From Candidatus Hodarchaeota archaeon (GTDB taxonomy: Archaea > Asgardarchaeota > Heimdallarchaeia > Hodarchaeales > Hodarchaeaceae): a stretch of DNA of 64,000 bases. Made by a program: the position numbers and the translations under genes. The stretch lies in assembly GCA_016840035.1 (NCBI GenBank), contig JAEOTC010000086.1, positions 83,175 to 147,174 on the forward strand, in the 5' to 3' direction. The number at the start of each line of letters is the position of its first letter. Positions within the stretch are counted from its first letter, which is position 1. This document shows, piece by piece, positions 50,352-58,526 of this stretch. The notes beneath the pieces were generated by a model. The model made no database searches. It had not been told where the DNA came from and saw only the letters and a list, made by a program, of their open reading frames with translations.

Positions 50352-51836
50352 ATGGTGAGACGATTTTCCACAACAAGTAGCGTTCTCCTCCTTACTCTAG
50401 TTCTCTTTGGAGGACTATTTTCTTTAGCAAATTCGATCACCTCGGCTCATACACACAGCTTACTAGATAGTGATTCTCCTAAAATCGCGATCTTTTATGG
50501 ATCAGCTAATGATAAAAGAATCAGTGAACAAATGACTTTGGATACAGAGATTGACGTAGAATATTATAATATCTCATCTGTTCTCACGAATCCTTCTTTC
50601 GTTTTTGATAATAATAGTGTGAAAGCAATTTGGTGGATCAACGAACTTCATCTACCAATCGATTTCTCTTTTGTGGGCGATCTAGCTTCCTGGGTGAAAA
50701 GTGGAAATGGATTGTTTATTCTCAATAAATACTTTGATAGGACACCTCTTGTGGAGCTTCAGAATTTAGGAATCAATGGTTATTGGCCTGAAGTATATCC
50801 CCTGAATCAGAGGTCAGATATGCATACTATTGACCTAGTGAATGAATCTCTTCCTTCTCTACAGCTTGAACAACTGTCTTATGAATTCAATGGTTCTTCC
50901 ACTTGGGTAGATTTACATGAGAAAACAGTTGTCCTTGCAGAGATTTCTCAACCAGAAAATGAGGCGTATCTCTCAAAATTCAATTCGGGTCTCTGGTTGG
51001 TACAAAATAAAGTTATTGTAGGTAGCTTTTCAGTGAATTTATCCCCTCCACAGACTAGGAATAAGTATGAACTATTGAGTGTACGTTCTACTTTAGCAAG
51101 TGGTCTAATAGATGTCCTAGGGGAGATTGCTCTCTTGACAACTGATAGTTTCTCAGATTCATCAGGAATGTTTCAATTTACGGGATTTGAACAGATAACA
51201 ACAGTTGTTATTATTTCTATTGTGGCAATTATCACTTTTATTGGCTTCATGAAGGTTGGTATTATCACCAAAGCTCGTGAGATCATAGTTGGAGTATTTA
51301 TGGGGACGTTTTTTCTACTGGCCCATATTGCTTATTCCCCCCAAAGAAGGAGAATTAGTGAGGATGATTTATTAGATAATGAAATGCGAATGCAAATTGT
51401 CGGATACTTGGAAGAGAAAGGTGAACAGGGGGCACATCTTCGTGAAATTCAGAGAATCCTTGGATGTGGAATCTCCTCCCTCTTATGGCATTTACAAGCA
51501 TTAGATGATTTCAATATTGTAACACACCATAAAATTGGGAAGTATCATCTATTTTACCTCACAGGTTCAGAATCACTACAAATATCAGAAATAGCATTAG
51601 CATTAAAGAGTGAGGTGGCCAAAGATCTTTGCAAAGTGTTATTACGGAATAAGAATCCCCTCTCTCTTTCAAAAATATCCTCTAACATCAATGTTCATCA
51701 TTCAAGCGTTCAACATCATATCAAACGACTTTCTGATTTAGGAGTAATTATGATAATTAAAGAGAAAAAGCGATCGACTTATATTATAAATCCAAATAGG
51801 GTAGAATCATTAGAAAAAGTCATGGAGGTAGCCTGA
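50352..51836 (+). CDS. Membrane-anchored transcription regulator (signal peptide, extracellular domain, TM, tandem wHTH)
   Basis: Signal MVRRFSTTSSVLLLTLV, TM region, GAHLREIQRILGCGISSLLWHL and LSKISSNINVHHSSVQHHIKRL helices. Confidence 0.85.
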   Translation: MVRRFSTTSSVLLLTLVLFGGLFSLANSITSAHTHSLLDSDSPKIAIFYGSANDKRISEQMTLDTEIDVEYYNISSVLTNPSFVFDNNSVKAIWWINELHLPIDFSFVGDLASWVKSGNGLFILNKYFDRTPLVELQNLGINGYWPEVYPLNQRSDMHTIDLVNESLPSLQLEQLSYEFNGSSTWVDLHEKTVVLAEISQPENEAYLSKFNSGLWLVQNKVIVGSFSVNLSPPQTRNKYELLSVRSTLASGLIDVLGEIALLTTDSFSDSSGMFQFTGFEQITTVVIISIVAIITFIGFMKVGIITKAREIIVGVFMGTFFLLAHIAYSPQRRRISEDDLLDNEMRMQIVGYLEEKGEQGAHLREIQRILGCGISSLLWHLQALDDFNIVTHHKIGKYHLFYLTGSESLQISEIALALKSEVAKDLCKVLLRNKNPLSLSKISSNINVHHSSVQHHIKRLSDLGVIMIIKEKKRSTYIINPNRVESLEKVMEVA

Positions 51837-53510
51837 CTGAGAGTATCCAACAATCTTTTACGATTCAGTATAGCTATTACCTTCTCTATTCTTGTGGTCT
51901 CTACATTCTTCACAGGAGCTATAGGCAACAGTAATTCGATCCAATTCTCCCAGTTGGATCCTTTTTACCAACAATCGCTATTTGGATTGAGATTTGACTA
52001 TAATCATGGGATTTCGCAAGAGAATTCTCTACAATTACACACGAATTTGGTTACTGGACAAGAAATTAATGATTCCATTGATCCTGATCCAATCATTGAT
52101 AATAACATTTCGATTATCGGACAGGACTCCTATGGAATAAAATCGTTACTTTTCGCTACAGAAAATATTGGAAGATCAGAGTTTATACCTCTATTTGGAA
52201 CCTTAGAATGGCAAGCTTCTCTTCCTTACTTCAAATATATCTCCATGTTTGATTTGCCTTCTGGAGAAAGTGTGATACTAACTCAAGACATCTTAGGTTT
52301 AGCCTTGAAGCTAGATGGGCAGAATTTCCTGACTGATCAATATCTAGTAGGATATGCCAATATACCTGTAGAATTCTTGGAATTCTTGTTTGAATCCCTA
52401 AATCCTGTTCAGATGGCTGAAAATTCGATTAACGGGTATACTTCTCCAATTGATATGCCAAATTTGTCAAATCCAAATCCAATGAGAATTTCTATTGAAG
52501 AAAATGACAATGAATTGATAATTACCATGACTTATACAAATATATCTTATTTATTTCAAACAAATCCAATTAGTATTGAACACCTTAGTAGTTTTAGTCT
52601 TTCAGAAAATTTTGTTTTGATTGAGTTCGAATCAATCTCCTACATCACGAGAATATTGAAATATTCCACATCAAGTAATACTGGAGTAGAAACACAAGTA
52701 GAAATGAGTGTTGGGAGGATTCGGAATTTGTTAATCAATGAGAAACTACCATCAGAAGTAAGTTGGGATTCAGCATCAGAAACACATATCGTAAAAAAAT
52801 ACGAAGACTTGATCAACATTGATGAAACGATTTCATGGTATAAAGAGGTTGATATTGAAAAACGAATGGCTTTATTTAACCAAGCTTCTCTTTCATTTCT
52901 AGGTTCGCATAATCTAGGTGTGGTTTCTAACACTGAATCACAAAAGAATTCGTTTCTAAAAATTGATGGGCAAAATAGAACAAAAAATGAGTTATTACAA
53001 ATGGATCTCTCTGCTGAGAGAAATATTTCATTATATCAAGATAGCAATCTTCTCCTTTTGAATCAAATAAATGGCTATGATTATGCACTTCATCTGGAAC
53101 CAAACTTGCAACATTGGTCATTGTCACCTGTAAGTATAAAATCAATAGCATTGAATCAACATCCGAGTTTAAGTGGTAACATTTTATTTTTAGATCAGGC
53201 CTCTATTTTAAATCCGTTTTTGGTTGATGTTCTCCGACGTTTTACGGCTAATCTGTCTACTAGTACCCTTAGTGCAGAACAAATTCTAAAAACTGCCACA
53301 CTATATCTTACATCCGCGGAATATATTCAAGAGTATTGTATAAACTCATGGACTGGTTATCCCACAAAAATAAAATCACTTTCAACAGCAATACTTAATT
53401 CAAATAACTTAGAAGTTGGCCTATCAAGAATATCGTTCTTTCCACTCTTTCCTGGGTTATTATCGATATTTTTCATAACGGTTTACCAGACAAGAAAGAG
53501 ACGTATGTAA
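51837..53510 (+). CDS. Secreted/surface protein with C-terminal TM; divergent paralogue of 53871..55655
   Basis: In-frame CTG start gives a signal peptide; shared motifs YTNI/YTNM, VETQ/VETR, SWTG/EWFG; ends FPGL-TM-RKRRM. Confidence 0.75.
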   Translation: MRVSNNLLRFSIAITFSILVVSTFFTGAIGNSNSIQFSQLDPFYQQSLFGLRFDYNHGISQENSLQLHTNLVTGQEINDSIDPDPIIDNNISIIGQDSYGIKSLLFATENIGRSEFIPLFGTLEWQASLPYFKYISMFDLPSGESVILTQDILGLALKLDGQNFLTDQYLVGYANIPVEFLEFLFESLNPVQMAENSINGYTSPIDMPNLSNPNPMRISIEENDNELIITMTYTNISYLFQTNPISIEHLSSFSLSENFVLIEFESISYITRILKYSTSSNTGVETQVEMSVGRIRNLLINEKLPSEVSWDSASETHIVKKYEDLINIDETISWYKEVDIEKRMALFNQASLSFLGSHNLGVVSNTESQKNSFLKIDGQNRTKNELLQMDLSAERNISLYQDSNLLLLNQINGYDYALHLEPNLQHWSLSPVSIKSIALNQHPSLSGNILFLDQASILNPFLVDVLRRFTANLSTSTLSAEQILKTATLYLTSAEYIQEYCINSWTGYPTKIKSLSTAILNSNNLEVGLSRISFFPLFPGLLSIFFITVYQTRKRRM

Positions 53511-53752
53511 TTAAATCAAACCCCACAATTATTTACCATCGGAATTTTAACACTAATAGATGTAAAAAATTTACATTTATTTAGAGTAGTTCCTTCACAG
53601 GTTAGCTAATAGAGAGATGAAATACTTTTTTACACGTCTTTGATAGTGTATCGACAGATAACAGCGAAATTATTAATTAATATGCAAATCTTCAGAGAAT
53701 GAACCTAAATTTAACCCCCGGATAGTTTCTCTATATGATATTGCGGATTTTC

Positions 53753-53773
53753 ATAACATATGATGTTATAAGT
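53753..53773 (+). promoter_or_regulatory. Inverted repeat ATAACAT-N3-ATGTTAT overlapping a TTATAAG TATA-like box
   Basis: Perfect 7-bp arms at 53753-53759 and 53763-53769, about 100 nt upstream of 53871. Confidence 0.45.
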
Positions 53774-53870
53774 TAAGGTTACTGGAGAGTACCTAGACTT
53801 TGGACTCGATAAATTTACTCTCGGAGAAACGAGAAAGATTTTCGAGAATTCCAAGATAGGTGTTTTAATA

Positions 53871-55655
53871 ATGAAGAAGAAACTTATTACGGGAAGTTCG
53901 GTAATCTTTTTACTGATACTTCTTACATTTACTTCTCCAGCTCAAGCCACGGATTATGCAGGGCATGATTTTAGTGAGGATCATTTTGCTGTTGAAATCG
54001 ATCTTTTCCCTAATCCTGCAGACCCTGACGTAATCTACGATTTTGGTACAGGAACTGGAGATGGAGACTCAGTTGAAGAAACTGATTTGCAATTCTTTAT
54101 GAGCTATATGAATCATAGTGGAATTGAAGTAGCTTACTCCGCTTTAGAAAAAATGGAACACTGGATAAAATTCCGTGATTTATTACCTACCGAAGTAGGT
54201 GAGCTCATTGATACTCTAGGTCCATTGGCACCTGAAGGCGCAGCAGAGGCTCTTAACTCAAACCTTGTTCATGTCAATGCAACAGCACCCTTCCAACAGT
54301 TAGTTCAACACTTTAACACTCCTTGGGGTACTGATGCCTTTGTAACAAATAATTTCATGACACTAGTTGCCTATTCTGGAGGAACTGGATCAGATCCTCT
54401 ACTTATGGACGCAGGTGATAATCTCTATATGGGTTATACTTTTGCAGTCCAAGAAGTGACAGATGCCCTTAACGCAGTCATGGCACCACATTATGAGATT
54501 CCTCATTTTGATTATGAAGCAAATTTTGAGCAAACTGCAGATGGATATACATTCGGTATCAATTATACCAATATGTTTGTCTTATGGCAGGATATTACCG
54601 TTCCCCTTCGTGGACCAGATTATTTAAATGCTGCGGGCCTTCAACTACCAGAAACTAAAGGAGTTATCTATGGACAAGATATTGTTGCCGCATCAGTTTT
54701 AGATCATCTTGCTTTTGAATATATTTTCAAAGTAGAACAAATTGATTTAGGAACTACTCCCTCAATTAAAGTTAACCTAGGAACTGTAGAGACAAGATAT
54801 CATATTGGTGAAACAAATTTACTTGTTACAAAAGATGATGCGACATTCATCTCAGATCATTCCGCCGATTGGCTTGGTTCACCTTTTACTGCAACACCCA
54901 GTTACACTTTAGATGTTCCTCTCGCTCTCCAAGGCCAAACTGTTGGTTCGTGGACTTTCCCAGCCAGTGTAACTCTAACTCTCTCAGAAATGGCTTTCTT
55001 TATCAACGATGATGCTAAAGTTAGAATGAGTATGGCTGATGCCTTTGGGTTAACTGTTGTAACTGCAACAAACTGGTTTGATACTCAAGTAGTAACAGAT
55101 CCTCAATATGCGACTCACTTAGATGAACCTGAAGATCCTAAAATTACTCTCGAAAGAGATGGAAATGAATTCTTCTGGACTAGTTTCAAAGATAAAATGA
55201 ACTATAAGTTAAGAGAGTTAAATTTTGATCCTTTCTTCGAGGATGACACTATTGATCGTGATGTGTATGTTACATTATTTGATCCAAGTGGTTGGTTTGC
55301 GGCTAATGTTGCTAAACCATATTTCCTTATCGAATTTTCACTTGCTTGGGGCTTTACAGTCTTCATGGCTTCAAAAATTGCACCAGAAATTGTTCATCCA
55401 GGAGCAGGTTCACATACAGAAGTGGTTAACCAAATCCTATATTTAACTTTCACTGAATTTCCAGAGTGGTTTGGTGGAGAAATCTATCATGATCCTTCAT
55501 ATTCTGCTGTTGCAGCGGTTGCTGCTCAACCAGAAACAACCACCGATAGTCCACCTGGAACTGATACGACTGACGCAGCCTTTCCAGGATTTGAATTAGT
55601 TTCTGTATTAGTTGCACTCCCTCTCATGTTTGCAGCATATCGAAAGAGACGATAA
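53871..55655 (+). CDS. PGF-CTERM surface (S-layer-like) protein, predicted archaeosortase substrate
   Basis: Sec signal ending AQA, Thr-rich linker, FPGFE + TM + RKRR. Confidence 0.85.
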   Translation: MKKKLITGSSVIFLLILLTFTSPAQATDYAGHDFSEDHFAVEIDLFPNPADPDVIYDFGTGTGDGDSVEETDLQFFMSYMNHSGIEVAYSALEKMEHWIKFRDLLPTEVGELIDTLGPLAPEGAAEALNSNLVHVNATAPFQQLVQHFNTPWGTDAFVTNNFMTLVAYSGGTGSDPLLMDAGDNLYMGYTFAVQEVTDALNAVMAPHYEIPHFDYEANFEQTADGYTFGINYTNMFVLWQDITVPLRGPDYLNAAGLQLPETKGVIYGQDIVAASVLDHLAFEYIFKVEQIDLGTTPSIKVNLGTVETRYHIGETNLLVTKDDATFISDHSADWLGSPFTATPSYTLDVPLALQGQTVGSWTFPASVTLTLSEMAFFINDDAKVRMSMADAFGLTVVTATNWFDTQVVTDPQYATHLDEPEDPKITLERDGNEFFWTSFKDKMNYKLRELNFDPFFEDDTIDRDVYVTLFDPSGWFAANVAKPYFLIEFSLAWGFTVFMASKIAPEIVHPGAGSHTEVVNQILYLTFTEFPEWFGGEIYHDPSYSAVAAVAAQPETTTDSPPGTDTTDAAFPGFELVSVLVALPLMFAAYRKRR

Positions 55656-55659
55656 ACGT

Positions 55660-55695
55660 TCTCTTTTTTCCTCTTTTTTCCTTTTTTTTTCCTTA
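55660..55695 (+). terminator. Oligo-T archaeal terminator
   Basis: Several T6-T9 tracts immediately after the stop codon. Confidence 0.55.
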
Positions 55696-55880
55696 TTCTT
55701 TGAGTAACACACTTTTCTTCTGGTAATAACCAAGAATTTCCATTTTCTCCTCAAGGTAAATAGTTTAGTTCTTCCTCTCATGATGAAGAGTAAAAGGGAA
55801 GGGATTATAAATGACAAGATTTAAACCGAAGTCTAGATAATAGAAACAACTAACTACAAATCTTGACATGAAGTGATGAA

Positions 55881-58451
55881 ATGACAAATATTGATCTTCT
55901 ATCAGATCCGATAAATCTAGTAATCTCTCTAATATTAACATTTTCCCCATTAATTGTTTTATTCATTCCATATCTGTATACTCGACGAAAGTCGGAAAAT
56001 TTTATCGCTACGATATTTAATCGGGCATATGTCGGGTTTGTGATTTTTTATATAGCGTATTTCATTTTTCCCAGTATTCTAAACTCATTTGTACCAGATC
56101 CGAATCAATATATTGATCAAGAATACTATCCAATTGCAGGAAGTTCTGGATGGACAACTGTATGGGATTCTGAATCAGTAATCACCCAAGGAGCAGTATC
56201 GGTACCTATACCACTGCTGATAAAGTATCTCTTTCAACATTTTTTTAACTCAATTGTGATATTTCTGAGTTATCCTGTAGTAATTCTCGCATTCGTCTTT
56301 GGTATTTCCCCTATAATTTCTATGTTGATTATTTTCTACCAGACTTGGACTGAAAAGCGGAATGAACTAAATCCAATCAAAAAATTAATCAAACGGAATA
56401 ATAAAGAAATTTCTCAACTCAAAAAGCAGTTAAAACACGCTAATGAATCAGAAGCTTATGAGAAGAACGTAGCTATTTCTGAATTTAAAACTGAAAATCA
56501 AGAATTGGAAAAACAACTTTCCGAAGCAAGATCAGTATCCCAACGTTTGCAAGAAATCCAATTCGAGCTCGAACACTCCCCGTTCCATGCTGTAATGAAA
56601 AGAGTAAAAGAGAAGAATTGGGATAATGAAAGAGAGTTATTGAAAGTTTTAATTGCGATATTACCCATTACATTATTTTTATTGATGACAATATTGCAGT
56701 TACTCGGAGAAACTGAAAACCCAAGCTTACTCCAAGGAACATCAATGGGGTGGTTTTTAGAAATTTATTTTGCCTATATCGCAACTCTAGTATTCAGTAT
56801 ATACCTAATAAAGGCCAGTCTATTATCAAGAAAAGGTAAGTTCTTGGGTAATCAAATGTACATTGCAATGGTTCAAAGTTTATCCACTGTTGGTGCTTTT
56901 ATGTCGGGATTGGCCGTTATATTATTCTTGGTGCAATATTTCGATCAGATATTCGTTGTTTCGTACTTTATCGTCTATTTCATCATGGTTTCACTATTTT
57001 TCGTGCTTTTCTTAGATGTATTTGAGCCATTCTCTATATACATCTTGTTAAAGCTAATAGAGAGCTTTAAATCGTTTAGAGTATCAATACGGAGATTTAA
57101 TAGGATAAATATTGCGAAAAGTACCATTTCAGGTATTCTAGTTGGTGTTCTTCTATCTGTTGGTTTTTTAACATATCTAGTAATTGTCAAAAGTATTTTT
57201 TCTAACTTTAGTACTGTTCAATATTCGACATTTTTCTGGTTAACTCAGAATTATGCAAGTTTTCTACTAGCAGCAACATTAGTTTTAATAATTAGGCGCT
57301 GGAATTGGAGTGTTATCGGAACTAGCACCATTACATATTTGTCTATATTATTTGTAAGTCTTTTCATAATTCGATGGTATTTTGAAGAGTGGTATATATT
57401 CCTAGGTTTCAGTGAAGGTGACCTATATCCAAGCTATCAAGGAGAGATTCTAGTTGCACCCTTTCTTCAGGCTACTTCGGTTTTAGGAACTATTGACCTA
57501 AACTGGTTAACTGCTGTATGGAAAGGTGGAACATATGGTGACTTTCAATTTATCTTACCTGAGTTACGGCAGATACCTGTGATCTGGCAAGGATCTGGAG
57601 GTCAATTTTTACAAGCTCTCTCAATCCCCTATAACTTATTTCATCCCTTGGCAATCCTTCTTATATATGGGGGTATTTTATTCCTAGCTGGTAAACAATT
57701 TCATGTCAGAACACAAAAAGGAGAAGAAAAAACTCAATATAAGTCAATTTTTTCAGATGTCACCCGTTTACTCAGTACGGATGAGCTAGAATCAAAATCT
57801 GACATTCTTTTAATCGCTGCAACTCCAGCTAAGGATGAAGAAAACGGAAAATTGATTGATAAAGCATGGCTGAATTCAGAAAAAGGAAGTTTCCTTCGTG
57901 ATGCAATTACTGGCCAAATGCAATCGATTTCTAAACTGATAGAGAAGACTGGACTTTCAATTGATGAAATCCATTCCATTTTAGATGAAGTGACATATGA
58001 CGCAGACGTACCTTTCAATCAGATTATTACTCTCTGGCATCGGGAATTCTCATATTCATTCGAAGAAGTAACTATCGATTCACTTCATGTAATGATGCTG
58101 GATGGGCGCGCGGTTCTTTCTCACACATTTGGAGAAGAATCACAAGTAGAACCAGCATTAGTAGCTGGATTATTTTCTGCCATTACATCTTTTGCAAAGG
58201 AAGCTGTTCGTAGTGAACAGTTACTCAAGACTATTGACCATGGGGATGTGGTTCTTACGATCGAGTATGCCAAATGGGTATTCGCTGCGATTTTTGCTGA
58301 CAGTACATCCACTGAATTACGTAAAAAATTAGGTGAATTTTTGAATGATTTTGAATCAAGGCATAAGAAAACCCTTCCTAAATGGTTAGGAGATTTAGAT
58401 GCATTCACGGGAGAAACAGAGATGATTCGGGAGCTCTTTCCTGGATCATAA
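55881..58451 (+). CDS. Polytopic membrane protein with coiled-coil insert and C-terminal longin domain
   Basis: About 11-12 hydrophobic segments, a KQLK..ELEKQL coiled coil, and C-terminal DGRAVLSHTF..PALVAGLFSAITSF..FESRHK..WLGD longin signature. Confidence 0.8.
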   Translation: MTNIDLLSDPINLVISLILTFSPLIVLFIPYLYTRRKSENFIATIFNRAYVGFVIFYIAYFIFPSILNSFVPDPNQYIDQEYYPIAGSSGWTTVWDSESVITQGAVSVPIPLLIKYLFQHFFNSIVIFLSYPVVILAFVFGISPIISMLIIFYQTWTEKRNELNPIKKLIKRNNKEISQLKKQLKHANESEAYEKNVAISEFKTENQELEKQLSEARSVSQRLQEIQFELEHSPFHAVMKRVKEKNWDNERELLKVLIAILPITLFLLMTILQLLGETENPSLLQGTSMGWFLEIYFAYIATLVFSIYLIKASLLSRKGKFLGNQMYIAMVQSLSTVGAFMSGLAVILFLVQYFDQIFVVSYFIVYFIMVSLFFVLFLDVFEPFSIYILLKLIESFKSFRVSIRRFNRINIAKSTISGILVGVLLSVGFLTYLVIVKSIFSNFSTVQYSTFFWLTQNYASFLLAATLVLIIRRWNWSVIGTSTITYLSILFVSLFIIRWYFEEWYIFLGFSEGDLYPSYQGEILVAPFLQATSVLGTIDLNWLTAVWKGGTYGDFQFILPELRQIPVIWQGSGGQFLQALSIPYNLFHPLAILLIYGGILFLAGKQFHVRTQKGEEKTQYKSIFSDVTRLLSTDELESKSDILLIAATPAKDEENGKLIDKAWLNSEKGSFLRDAITGQMQSISKLIEKTGLSIDEIHSILDEVTYDADVPFNQIITLWHREFSYSFEEVTIDSLHVMMLDGRAVLSHTFGEESQVEPALVAGLFSAITSFAKEAVRSEQLLKTIDHGDVVLTIEYAKWVFAAIFADSTSTELRKKLGEFLNDFESRHKKTLPKWLGDLDAFTGETEMIRELFPGS

Positions 58452-58526
58452 TTTCTTAGACTAGGGAGGGTTTCTCCATCTTTGTATTCAAATCAATGGG
58501 CAGTGGAACGAATCACGGAATTTAGG

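Noticed and set aside
51834-51836. In-frame UGA as selenocysteine
   Set aside because: No redox-motif context or SECIS seen, and a signal peptide follows, which favours re-initiation
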